Shown: positions 16,436-25,747 of the stretch, piece after piece | Numbering within the stretch: position 1 is the first letter of the stretch | Layout of the letters: each line of letters starts with the position of its first letter | Origin: Coprobacillaceae bacterium | GTDB lineage: Bacteria; Bacillota_I; Bacilli_A; Erysipelotrichales; Coprobacillaceae | Length of the DNA: 32,000 nucleotides | NCBI GenBank assembly: GCA_963675515.1 | Contig: OY776328.1 | Coordinates: 1,590,001 to 1,622,000, forward strand | Reading direction: 5' to 3' | The notes under the pieces: model-generated | What the model saw: only the letters and a program-made list of their open reading frames with translations | Told to the model about the DNA's origin: nothing | Databases searched by the model: none | Position numbers and translations under genes: made by a program

Positions 16436-17509
16436 ATGAAAATATTATCGATATGCACGGTTCCGTTTACAAAAACGGGAATACCATGTCACATTAGAAA
16501 TTACTACAATGCACTCAAAATTCATGATTGCGACATAGATATTGTCGCTTCCTATTTTGACAAGGAATTTGTCAAGACGCTAAAGGATTGCCCCGAGGGC
16601 AGCCTTGTTGAGCTTAAAAGAGGTGATTGTCTAAGCTACATCAAAAAATTGCGGGCACTGATCAAAAAAAACAGATATGACATCGTCCATATCCATGGCA
16701 ACTCCTCGACGATGTCGCTGGAACTGTTCGCCTGCTTCAATCTAAGGCATACCACCACAGTGGTCCATGGGCACAACACTTCCTGTTCGCATCCGGTAAT
16801 CAACCGTTTTTTCAAGCCGTTTTTGCTCATGCTTTCCGATTACAAGTGCGCCTGCTCATCCAAGGCTGGGGACTGGCTGTATGGCGCGAATAAGCCTTAC
16901 ACCGTGATCAACAACGGGATCACAAGTCGCGACTATCTTTTTTCCAGAAGCGCCAGGGAAGACATCCGGGCTTACCTTGATATCGATGATGACTGCTTGG
17001 TGATCGGCCATATCGGGGAGTTCAACGAACAGAAAAATCAGAAATTCCTGGTGGATGTTGCCGGAATCCTTGATTCAAAAAACCGCAAATTCAAGATGGT
17101 GCTTATCGGTGATGGCTGGTTGAAGGATGAAGTGACGGCCTATGCCAAAGCCAATGATTTGGAGGATGTCATCATCGCCTTGCCGGCCCAGAACGATGTT
17201 GCGGGATTTTACAGCGCCTTCGATCTTTTCGCGTTCCCGTCAAAATGGGAAGGGCTGGGGATGGTTTTGATCGAGGCGCAATATTCGGGCTTGACTTGTC
17301 TGGTTTCTAACCGGGTGCCTCTCGAGACAAGAATCACCAAGAATATCTCATATCTTCCCTTGGAGGATGAAGTGTGGGCCAGGGCAATCGAAACATTCAA
17401 TCCTCTAAGTCAAAGCGAGAGATCCGGGTTAAAACCGGACGATTCCTTCGACATAGACAAATGCGCCGGGGTTCTTTTCAGGCTCTATGAAAGCTGGATT
17501 AAGGCTTGA
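16436..17509 (+). CDS. GT4-family (glycosyl transferases group 1) glycosyltransferase
   Basis: ORF 16403..17509. ATG 16436 follows AAGGAA. The C-terminal half carries FAFPSKWEGLGMVLIEAQYSGL (EX7E motif). Confidence 0.85.
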   Translation: MKILSICTVPFTKTGIPCHIRNYYNALKIHDCDIDIVASYFDKEFVKTLKDCPEGSLVELKRGDCLSYIKKLRALIKKNRYDIVHIHGNSSTMSLELFACFNLRHTTTVVHGHNTSCSHPVINRFFKPFLLMLSDYKCACSSKAGDWLYGANKPYTVINNGITSRDYLFSRSAREDIRAYLDIDDDCLVIGHIGEFNEQKNQKFLVDVAGILDSKNRKFKMVLIGDGWLKDEVTAYAKANDLEDVIIALPAQNDVAGFYSAFDLFAFPSKWEGLGMVLIEAQYSGLTCLVSNRVPLETRITKNISYLPLEDEVWARAIETFNPLSQSERSGLKPDDSFDIDKCAGVLFRLYESWIKA

Positions 17510-17567
17510 AGGATTATTCACCAACAGACAAGAAAATAACAAGCGACAAAACTGACAGGGGAAAATT

Positions 17568-18446
17568 ATGGACAGGACTTTAGTTATCATCATCAATTAC
17601 AATTCAACCGTGCATACAAAAGAGTGCGTCGAATCATTCAATAAGCAGACAATACAGGATTTCGATCTGATGGTGGTCGACAACGCGTCCGATCCCCAGG
17701 ATGTGGAACTGCTTGAAGGGATTGAAAATGACAGGATGACGGTTGTAAAATCGGATGTCAACCTGGGTTTTTCAGGGGGGAACAATATCGGCTTAAAACA
17801 TGCCCTGGAAAAAAAATATGCCCGGGTGCTTCTTATCAACAACGATACCACTGTTCCGGAGGATTTCATGGCCAGGCTGGTGGAATTTTCCAATGGAAAT
17901 CCCGGAGCCGTGATTTCGCCCCAGATCCGCGACTACTACAATCCTGAAACCATTTCCTATGGCGGCGGTGATGTATCGTTTTTCAAGGGCGGGGTCAATA
18001 TCTACGGCATTGGGGAGAGAGCTGAAGGCTACACAGCCAAAAAGGAAATCACCTTCGCCCACGGCTGCTGCATGCTTATTCCCTTCGAGGTGCTCGAGCA
18101 TGTCGGGATGATGCCCGACGAGTACTTTCTGTACTATGAAGACACAGCCTATTCCAGAATGATTTCCAAAAAGGGATATAAAATTCTCTATCAAAACGAC
18201 AATTTCATCTTGCACAAGGAATGTGTATCGACCGGTAAATTCTCAAGGCTGTACCAGTACTATTTCACAAGAAACCGGATGGCCTTCATAAAAGAGTGCA
18301 TTCCGCCAAAATGGAAGCCTGTGGCTTATCTGTTTACCACCGCGTTTCTGGCAAAGAAGATGGCAAGCGGGAAATTCGCTCCGTCGATAGTGCACGAAGC
18401 CCTGGGGGCGTTTTTTAAAGGGCAGATGGGCAAAAGAACCGGCTGA
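17568..18446 (+). CDS. Family 2 glycosyltransferase (rhamnosyltransferase-like subgroup)
   Basis: LVIIINYNS...DLMVVDNASD ... FLYYEDTAYS. Confidence 0.8.
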   Translation: MDRTLVIIINYNSTVHTKECVESFNKQTIQDFDLMVVDNASDPQDVELLEGIENDRMTVVKSDVNLGFSGGNNIGLKHALEKKYARVLLINNDTTVPEDFMARLVEFSNGNPGAVISPQIRDYYNPETISYGGGDVSFFKGGVNIYGIGERAEGYTAKKEITFAHGCCMLIPFEVLEHVGMMPDEYFLYYEDTAYSRMISKKGYKILYQNDNFILHKECVSTGKFSRLYQYYFTRNRMAFIKECIPPKWKPVAYLFTTAFLAKKMASGKFAPSIVHEALGAFFKGQMGKRTG

Positions 18447-18625
18447 CAGGTTCCATCAAGAAGCGATATCAATCCAGGGATTGAGAAGGTCAGCATCTTG
18501 ATTGATCCGACTGGTGGCAGTTACATATCGGTTGGATTAAAATTCGACTAGCTTCTTTCGCGATTCTACGTGTCGCTTGTCCTAGGCGGTGCCGGTAATA
18601 AACAGAAAAAGAAAAGGAGAGGGGT

Positions 18626-19816
18626 ATGAATCATACAAAAAGGATATTGCAATTGGATGGGTTGAGGTTGGTCATGATATTATTGATAATCATTTCCCAC
18701 TTCGAATTTTTATTGGATTTTTCATATGGCGGGTTTTATTGGCGGTATCTCCATAATCCGACCTTGCCGGTTGATTATTTTTTCATGCTGTCCGGTTTTG
18801 GGATATATTACGGCGCAAATATCAAAAGCCACCCCCAAAAAAACGACAGGTTCAAGATAAAGGAAATGGTAGCCTATGCACTGGTTAAAATCAGGCGCAT
18901 CTACCCTATTTACATCCTGTCGCTGGTGATAAGCATCCCCTACAATGTAATATCAAGGGTTGAATACTATGGACAGTCATTGATCGGGGCGATTGGCAAG
19001 ACCGTGTTCCTTTTCGGGGTGGCATCAACCTTATTGCAGTCAGCTACTGGGATCTCCATTTTCGCCAATGCGATCAATGGAGTCGGATGGTTTCTTTCCG
19101 CCCTTTTTGTCTCGTACATGGTTGCTCCCCTGTTTTTGCGGTTCTGCAATAGGGTTGTTAAGGGACTGTATGGAAGTTTGATGGCGATTGCGGGTGTGGT
19201 TATAGTGATATTGATGCTGACCTATTTGCTTGGCTTGGTTGAAATAAATCACTACTTCAATGTTCCGTTTGATTATCTGGTTTACGGATCACCATATATC
19301 CGCTGTTTCTATCTTCTGTTAGGAATGCTTGTGGCCAAACTGCACATCCAGATAATGGCTAATGAGCTGGCGTTGAAATTGGCAGCCAGACATCAACGGC
19401 TATTCGAGTTGCAGGAAGTTGCGATTGTCGGTGTTGCTGTGATGTATTTTGCTTACAGGAACAGCCTCATGATCACGGCATTGACAGCCAGATGTTTTGA
19501 CCTGATCATTTGCATTGCATTCATATTGACGATGTCTTTAGGGTTTGGCAAATTTTCCAAATTGCTTTCAAACCCTAAGATAGTCAAGTTAAGTGATCTT
19601 TCAATGTACCTTTTCCTGCTACATCTGCCGGTCGTGTCGATTGTCGTATATGTCTGGAAATCTTACATCGGATATTTTGGGCCTTTGACGGGGGTTTTGG
19701 AAGTTATGACAATCTTTGTTTTGACATTCGTCTTATCACTCGCCGTCAAAAAACACATGCCTGAATTGAACAACCGGATTTGTTCGATATTCAAAAGGCA
19801 CTTTGAGGTGAGCTGA
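18626..19816 (+). CDS. Acyltransferase family 3 membrane protein (probable glycan O-acetyltransferase)
   Basis: The N-terminus is RILQLDGLRLVMILLIIISHF. The protein is polytopic and 396 aa. SD is AAAGGAGAGGGG. Confidence 0.8.
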   Translation: MNHTKRILQLDGLRLVMILLIIISHFEFLLDFSYGGFYWRYLHNPTLPVDYFFMLSGFGIYYGANIKSHPQKNDRFKIKEMVAYALVKIRRIYPIYILSLVISIPYNVISRVEYYGQSLIGAIGKTVFLFGVASTLLQSATGISIFANAINGVGWFLSALFVSYMVAPLFLRFCNRVVKGLYGSLMAIAGVVIVILMLTYLLGLVEINHYFNVPFDYLVYGSPYIRCFYLLLGMLVAKLHIQIMANELALKLAARHQRLFELQEVAIVGVAVMYFAYRNSLMITALTARCFDLIICIAFILTMSLGFGKFSKLLSNPKIVKLSDLSMYLFLLHLPVVSIVVYVWKSYIGYFGPLTGVLEVMTIFVLTFVLSLAVKKHMPELNNRICSIFKRHFEVS

Positions 19817-19849
19817 CCAAAATGTCTTGTTTTGGCAAGTTTTGGTCAG
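19813..19849 (+). terminator. 10-bp stem hairpin that includes the acyltransferase stop codon (weak terminator or RNA-stability element)
   Basis: CTGACCAAAA (19813..19822) pairs with TTTTGGTCAG (19840..19849). Only TTT follows. Confidence 0.3.
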
Positions 19850-20013
19850 TTTACTTGCTCCCGGCAATATTCCAATACTGGACTTAGCCGGTTTGGGCCA
19901 TGCTGGCCTTGTCAAAGATATGGATTGGATCATATTTTGCAGCGCTTTTATGGCAGGTTTGGCCATAAACAACTAACTGGTTTTCCGTCGCCAGTATCAA
20001 TGGAGGATGTCGA

Positions 20014-20985
20014 ATGAAATTATCAATAATCATTATCTCATATAATGAGTCCAAGTACCTGGGTGATGCGATTGAGAGCTGTTTGAAACAGAATGGTGAT
20101 CACGAGCTGGAAATAATCATCGGTGATGATGGCTCGAACGATTGCAGTATCGACATCATCAGGGAATATCAGGACAACTATCCAGAAATCATCAAGTATT
20201 TCATAATGGAAAGAAACAACCCCCAGAATGTCATTCCATCGTTGCGGGTCTCCAATGTGATCAAAAGAGGATTTTCACTGTCCACCGGTGATTATCTGAT
20301 GGTCATGTCCGGCGATGACCTGCTTGTCGATGAGGACAAGTGCAAGACTCAGCTTGACTTTCTCGAGCAGGCGCCAGGATATAGCGCTTCGTACACGAAC
20401 TACATGAAGTTCTGGGACAGTGGGGAACAGGAAATCATGAACAACTACCAGCTTGGGTCCAACGCTTTGTTCTGGAGCCGTTTCTATGCCCATATCACCT
20501 GTTTTGTTTTCAGAAGAACTGTCCTGGAGAACCTGACCAAGACATTCTGTGACGATACGGGGCTGATATTTTCAATCCTGAAGACGGGAAAGATAAGATA
20601 CCTGCCAATCGTCGCTTTTGGCTATCGCCAAAGACCGGTAAGCATCATGTCAAGTTCCAATGAGATGGAACTCAACCTGTTGGAACTGCTGCTGCTTCAG
20701 GATTTGCTTGAATCCAAAGGCTACTTTTTTAGCAGCCTGTCACGTTGTTCCAAACCGTTGGATTTTGTTTACAAAAACCGCGGGTTACTGACTGACCGGA
20801 AGTATGAAAAATATCTGATTCACTCAAGAGAGTACAAGTTCAATATAATCGAAATGATGAGAGGCTATAACACATTGAATCTTGGTGGACGTTTTAAGAT
20901 ACGATCCTTGCTTTTGGTGTCTTTGCTTTCAAGGAAATTTTTTGCCATTTGTTCACTCAAGGACAGATGGGCAAACAGAAAATAA
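20014..20985 (+). CDS. Family 2 glycosyltransferase
   Basis: MKLSIIIISYNESKYLGDAIESCLKQ...LEIIIGDDGSND. SD is GGAGGA. Confidence 0.85.
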   Translation: MKLSIIIISYNESKYLGDAIESCLKQNGDHELEIIIGDDGSNDCSIDIIREYQDNYPEIIKYFIMERNNPQNVIPSLRVSNVIKRGFSLSTGDYLMVMSGDDLLVDEDKCKTQLDFLEQAPGYSASYTNYMKFWDSGEQEIMNNYQLGSNALFWSRFYAHITCFVFRRTVLENLTKTFCDDTGLIFSILKTGKIRYLPIVAFGYRQRPVSIMSSSNEMELNLLELLLLQDLLESKGYFFSSLSRCSKPLDFVYKNRGLLTDRKYEKYLIHSREYKFNIIEMMRGYNTLNLGGRFKIRSLLLVSLLSRKFFAICSLKDRWANRK

Positions 20986-21269
20986 GCCGGATCTAAAAGA
21001 CCAGCATGCCATTTTTAATATCGGTGCCCAGGATTCCTGTGACTTTGGTCAGGGAATCCTTTTTAGCCATATAAGTAATGAAATCAAATATTTTACCGGC
21101 ATCCCTTGCTTATATCAAAAAAGGAATGACCATATTGCGCTGGGTCTTATCCCATAAAACCCAATTGTTTCTCATCAATGTTGCATGTTGTATCACATAG
21201 GAGTAAAATGAACTTATAGTATTTGAATATTGTGAATGCTTGCTGGGGAATTGGGAAAGAGGGAATATT

Positions 21270-22829
21270 ATGAAAAGCAAGAAATTTACGACTATCCTGA
21301 TAGTTGTCCAATTGATCATTTCGGTCATTATGGCCGCTTTAGTATTCAAATTGAACGTTTTGCCAACCAAATACCTGGCTCCTTTTATCGGGGTGCTGGC
21401 AGTTTTATTGGGGGCGACGTATGTCATCAACCGGCGGATCCAGGAGGGGAAGAAATCCCGGATTTTCCTTGATTTCGTCATTTTTGCGCTCAATATCGCC
21501 CTGGTTACGGGCAACTACTATTTCTACCGTTCCTACCAGGCTTTGACACAGCTCACTGTGGACTCCAACACCCAGAGCCATACGCTCAACCTGCGGGTTC
21601 TATACGAAAGCGAAATCGAATCAGTCGTCGATCTTGCAGGAAAAGTGGTCGAGTATTCATCACAGGTGGAGACAAACTACAACGGCCAATATCTTGAACT
21701 GTTGAGTGAAAAGGTGGACTTCGAATCTAAGGAAGTCGCCACTTTCCAGCAGCTGACTGACGATCTTTATGATGGCACATGCGATGCCATCATCCTTGAC
21801 GAGGCCTATGAGGGGTTCATGGAAATAACTCATCCCCAATACCAGGACGAAACAAAGGTAATCGACACTTACGAATACGAGGAAGTGATCGATGAAGACC
21901 AGGAGACTGAAGAAGTCGAGGAACCTGAAGCGACCGAGGAACCTGAGACAGTCCAGGAAGAGGAAACCACCGATACCTCAAAAACAACCACAACCACCGT
22001 TGAAGAGAAAAAAACCACAGCGGTTGTCGAACCAAAGGCAGTCAATGACGGGAATTCGTTCTCGATCTTCATCTCCGGAATCGACACCTACGGAGCCATC
22101 AATACGGTATCCCGTTCGGATGTCAACATGGTCATGACAGTCAACACCAAGACCAACGAGATCCTGATGACAAGCATCCCGCGTGATTATTATGTAACCT
22201 TGCATTCTTATGGGGTAAAGGACAAGTTCACCCATGCGGGAATTTATGGCATCAGGGAATCTCTGCGGACCGCCGAGGATTTCTTGAACATCGATATCGA
22301 CTATTACGTGCGGGTGAACTTCACCTCGCTGATCAATATCGTCGACTCCCTTGGGGGAATAAACATCTACAATGGCATCGCCTTTTCCAACCGTGGTTAT
22401 ACGTTCCCGGTCGGGTGGATCCAGATGGGCGGAGCCCAGTCTCTTGTCTACGCGAGGGAACGCTACGCGTATTCCAGCGGCGACAACCAGCGTATCAGGA
22501 ACCAGCAGACAATCCTGACGGGAATATTGAACAAGGCGATGTCACCGGCCATCTTGACCAATTATGACAGCATGCTCAATGTTGTGATGAGATCATGCCA
22601 GACCAGTGTGCCAACCGGAGTGGTAACGTCGATCATCAAGGAACAGCTAAACACCGGTGAGTCCTGGCATATAAGGCACCAGTATCTTAGTGGCAGCGGG
22701 TCATATTCGACCAGAACCTACTCGATGCCAGGATACAATCTCTATGTCATGATTCCAAACAAATCATCTATAAGTTCGGCGAGATCGAACATCAATCTGG
22801 TTGTTACCGGTAAAACTCCAAACCTTTGA
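21270..22829 (+). CDS. LCP family ligase, paralog 2, with an expanded acidic/Thr-rich linker
   Basis: ORF 21240..22829. ATG 21270 follows AAGAGGGA. It is about 70-75% identical by eye to LCP1 over its full length, with the same LCP signature. Confidence 0.85.
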   Translation: MKSKKFTTILIVVQLIISVIMAALVFKLNVLPTKYLAPFIGVLAVLLGATYVINRRIQEGKKSRIFLDFVIFALNIALVTGNYYFYRSYQALTQLTVDSNTQSHTLNLRVLYESEIESVVDLAGKVVEYSSQVETNYNGQYLELLSEKVDFESKEVATFQQLTDDLYDGTCDAIILDEAYEGFMEITHPQYQDETKVIDTYEYEEVIDEDQETEEVEEPEATEEPETVQEEETTDTSKTTTTTVEEKKTTAVVEPKAVNDGNSFSIFISGIDTYGAINTVSRSDVNMVMTVNTKTNEILMTSIPRDYYVTLHSYGVKDKFTHAGIYGIRESLRTAEDFLNIDIDYYVRVNFTSLINIVDSLGGINIYNGIAFSNRGYTFPVGWIQMGGAQSLVYARERYAYSSGDNQRIRNQQTILTGILNKAMSPAILTNYDSMLNVVMRSCQTSVPTGVVTSIIKEQLNTGESWHIRHQYLSGSGSYSTRTYSMPGYNLYVMIPNKSSISSARSNINLVVTGKTPNL

Positions 22830-22932
22830 TTAAGATTGATTCAAAGCCAACGTATCCAGCCCATAAGGTCATCCCTCCGGGTTGGCTACGTTGTTTGTTT
22901 TGGGATCCATGAAAGGCAAAAAGAATGACAGC

Positions 22933-22968
22933 GAAAAAAATGCGAAGGAAAGACTCTTCGCATTTTTG
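22933..22968. terminator. Bidirectional intrinsic terminator between convergent genes
   Basis: ATGCGAAG (22940..22947) pairs with CTTCGCAT (22956..22963). It is flanked by A7 upstream and T5 downstream. Confidence 0.6.
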
Positions 22969-22998
22969 GCTGTGTCCGTGCATTTCTCAATAATTATT

Positions 22999-23922
22999 CT
23001 AATACCCGGCTTCGATCATTTTGACCTGGTTGTAGAGCTCTTCGTTGATCGGGACGGGAATATCGAGATCCCAGGCCTTCTTGATCACGGTTCCTGCAAA
23101 CATCTCTACTTCGCTGTAGCGGCCAGCCACCCGGTCCTGGGCCATGGAAGGCATTCCTTCAGGATTCAGGGTATCGATCAAATCAAGGTAGCCTTTCAGG
23201 TCAACTTCGGTCAGGTTGACTCCTGATGCGTTGGCAACTTTAATTACTTCCTTCATGGCTTTGATCATTTCCTCACGGGCTTGACCTTCCTGCTGGACTG
23301 ATGCGAATGTTCCATTGTGGACCATGACAACCTGGTTGACTCCGACATTGAGCATCCATTTGCCCCAGATGCGGTGAGTTATGTCCTGTTCCAGGGTTGA
23401 AGGTATCTTCATATCCCCGAAGAAGTCCAGGAGTCTTTGGAGCTGCACTATCTTGTGAGCTTCATTCGGGGTGATTCCCACACAAAGATGGCCCAGACGG
23501 GTATAGGTAAGCTTATTGGAGATTTTAAGGGCATCCATGCCTTGGGCGATGCAGGTAATAACGGTTCCCATGGAAAGCTGTTGTTCCAAATACTCCTCGC
23601 TCGAGATGCCATTGAGCAGGGATATGACAATCGTATCTTCGCTGACGAGGGGCTTGATGGTTTGGGTCGCACTTTCCAGGGCTGTCGACTTGACAGCGAC
23701 GATGACCAGATCAAAATCGATATCGCAGTCTTTGGGATCGATCATTTCAAAGTCGCATCTCATATCGTTGCAATAGACCGGTTCCTTGGCCAACTTGGCG
23801 ATCCGAGACTTATCCCCGATGAAATAAAGCTTGCCTTCATTAAGGTTCTCCCTGATCAGCTGGCCGTACATGACTCCCAGGGCACCCATGCCGATGATGG
23901 CGACATTTTCTATTTTCTTCAT
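22999..23922 (-). CDS. Ketopantoate reductase (PanE/ApbA) family NAD(P)-dependent oxidoreductase
   Basis: ORF 22999..23937. ATG 23922 follows GGAGG. The N-terminus is VAIIGMGALG (Rossmann fold). The C-terminal domain has KWMLNVGVNQ..., typical of the family. Confidence 0.7.
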   Translation of the reverse strand: MKKIENVAIIGMGALGVMYGQLIRENLNEGKLYFIGDKSRIAKLAKEPVYCNDMRCDFEMIDPKDCDIDFDLVIVAVKSTALESATQTIKPLVSEDTIVISLLNGISSEEYLEQQLSMGTVITCIAQGMDALKISNKLTYTRLGHLCVGITPNEAHKIVQLQRLLDFFGDMKIPSTLEQDITHRIWGKWMLNVGVNQVVMVHNGTFASVQQEGQAREEMIKAMKEVIKVANASGVNLTEVDLKGYLDLIDTLNPEGMPSMAQDRVAGRYSEVEMFAGTVIKKAWDLDIPVPINEELYNQVKMIEAGY

Positions 23923-24330
23923 CAATCTTACCTCCATGATTTATCCTTCCAATCTAATCTGATTGGCTCAACTAGGAGTATAACACAAATATCCGCTTCA
24001 TGAAAAAACAAAAGTCAGATCCCGGCAAGTTTGTCTCACTCTTTCCAAGGAGTGGACGGTGTGGCATTCAAAAAAGTCAATTGGATCAGTGTTGCTGCCA
24101 TAGCCGTCAGTCTTTAAGATGCTGCATTTTCTCATAACTCAAGGATCAAGACAGGTAACAAAGGGAAAATTCCGCTTTCAAATGGATAAAATACCCCAAA
24201 ATATAAAAAAATGAGTATCGCACTTGAATTAATTCTTTTTTGGGATTACGATGTAGGTGAATAAAAGAAGTGCTTGGTTTTCATGCCATTCGAAAAAATA
24301 GATCTGATAATCGAAACAAAGGAGAAGAAA

Positions 24331-24534
24331 ATGAAGAAAAATGTCGGTCCGGCCGATCGGGCCATCCGCATCGTTGCGGGGATACTGTTGCTCGCCTTGT
24401 TTGGCATCACCTCAGGAGGCGTCCGCTGGGTGCTGTTGGTTCTTGGAGCCATCCTGATTGTAACCGGTATAGTCCGTGTTTGTCCGCTCTACATGCCTTT
24501 TGGGATTGACACAAACAAACTCAAAAGAAAGTGA
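24331..24534 (+). CDS. DUF2892 (YgaP-like) small two-TM membrane protein
   Basis: ATG 24331 follows AAGGAG. The sequence is NVGPADRAIRIVAGILLLAL....GAILIVTGIVRVCPLYMPFG. Confidence 0.7.
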   Translation: MKKNVGPADRAIRIVAGILLLALFGITSGGVRWVLLVLGAILIVTGIVRVCPLYMPFGIDTNKLKRK

Positions 24535-24551
24535 TTATTCTGTTATGCATT

Positions 24552-24599
24552 CCAGCAATTATCATGTCTTATTTAAGGCATTGGTGCCTGCTGGTTTTT
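24552..24599 (+). terminator. Intrinsic terminator after the DUF2892 gene
   Basis: CCAGCA (24552..24557) pairs with TGCTGG (24589..24594), with an inner AGGCA/TGCCT hairpin, followed by T5. Confidence 0.4.
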
Positions 24600-24749
24600 A
24601 AATTGCTCAGTTTTTTCTTATTGTAAGTGTCAGATTGGGATTTTTAAACCTTGTTGGGCAGGTGATATCGATCTGATTTTAAAAGCAGTGCCAATGCGCC
24701 AGGAATATTTTTCGCCATTGTCATTTTGCTTGATTATCTCCGTTCATTT

Positions 24750-24778
24750 TTTGAAAATATCGTTTGTTTTGGATAATA
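24750..24778 (+). promoter_or_regulatory. Candidate sigmaA promoter of the YczE-like gene
   Basis: TTGAAA (24750..24755) - 17 nt - TAATAT (24773..24778). Confidence 0.4.
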
Positions 24779-24875
24779 TTTGGTAAGATATCCTGGTCAG
24801 TCCCGCCAAAACGGCACCAAATGTTGCTGTGATTTTGGGACTTTTAGATGCATCACTAAACAGGAGAGAGAAATA

Positions 24876-25541
24876 GTGAAAAATACAATCCAAAAACTTG
24901 CAGTTGTCATACCGGCAATGATCATCACTGCCATGGGCGCAAGCCTGGGCATCAAGGCGGCGGTTGGTGTAGGGGCCTGGGATGCCCTTAGCATCAGCGT
25001 CTGCCAGGTCATCAACATGAGGGTTGGGACCTTCTCGATGATCATGAATATCACTTGCGTTGCCATCCAGCTGGCCATCTTGAAAAAGGACTTCAAGATC
25101 GTCCATGCTTCCCAAATACTGGTTTCCATCATGCTTGGCGGGGTGGTCAACTTCATGATTTACAATATTTTTGCCCGCTTCACCATCACCAGCTACGCCA
25201 TCAATCTGGCTTTGCTGTTGCTTTCGGTTATCATCTGCTCGATCGCCATTTCGGTGATTATGACGGTCAACCTGGTCACGTTCCCGCTGGAGTCGTGTTG
25301 CATGGTCATCGCAGGCAAACTGAACAAGAACTTCGGGACATTGCGCCAGCTGGTCGATGTGGCCGCAATCGTTATTTCCCTGGGGCTTTCATTGGCGTTT
25401 TGCGATCCGATCCAGGTGCGCGAAGGTACCGTCATTGCGATGATCCTTTTTGGACCGCTGCTCAATCTTATCATGCCTCGGCTCCAGCCGGGTTTCGCGA
25501 AAATGAAACTGGCATGCAAGCAGCCGATTAGCGAACTGTAA
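24876..25541 (+). CDS. YczE/YyaS/YitT-like polytopic membrane protein of unknown function
   Basis: ORF 24780..25541. GTG 24876 follows AGGAGAG. The sequence includes AMGASLGIKAAVGVGAWDAL...REGTVIAMILFGPLLN. Confidence 0.55.
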   Translation: MKNTIQKLAVVIPAMIITAMGASLGIKAAVGVGAWDALSISVCQVINMRVGTFSMIMNITCVAIQLAILKKDFKIVHASQILVSIMLGGVVNFMIYNIFARFTITSYAINLALLLLSVIICSIAISVIMTVNLVTFPLESCCMVIAGKLNKNFGTLRQLVDVAAIVISLGLSLAFCDPIQVREGTVIAMILFGPLLNLIMPRLQPGFAKMKLACKQPISEL

Positions 25542-25564
25542 CAACCAAATACAATCAATCATTG

Positions 25565-25590
25565 GAAAGGATGCCGGCCATCCTTTTTTC
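25565..25590 (+). terminator. Intrinsic terminator
   Basis: gAAAGGATG-ccggc-CATCCTTT followed by a T-run. Confidence 0.75.
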
Positions 25591-25747
25591 TTTAAGCTAA
25601 ACAAATCAGTTTGAAATTGTTTAGCTGGCTTAAAAATGGTACAATTAAGACAAGAAAACCGGACTCAACCGCAGCTTAGACATTCCATTGGATGTCTGGT
25701 CGTTTGATCTGGAATTTTGAATAATAAAAAAGTAAGGGGAACATTAA

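Noticed and set aside
20993-21070. 25-aa minus-strand ORF MAKKDSLTKVTGILGTDIKNGMLVF between GT2 and LCP2
   Set aside because: It reads like a protein N-terminus, but it has no SD and is very short. It runs against the operon direction, and I cannot assign a family. It may be a fragment.
22882-23226. Plus-strand 114-aa ORF
   Set aside because: It spans the bidirectional terminator and then runs antisense to the 3' end of the PanE-family gene.
23437-24003. Plus-strand 188-aa ORF
   Set aside because: It is antisense to the PanE-family gene and has no recognisable motifs.
24779-24875. Possible small riboswitch or attenuator in the leader of the YczE-like gene (GTCCC...GGGAC + TTTT)
   Set aside because: The stem is only 5 bp with a 32-nt loop. 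It does not match the preQ1, guanidine or other small riboswitch cores that I can recall.
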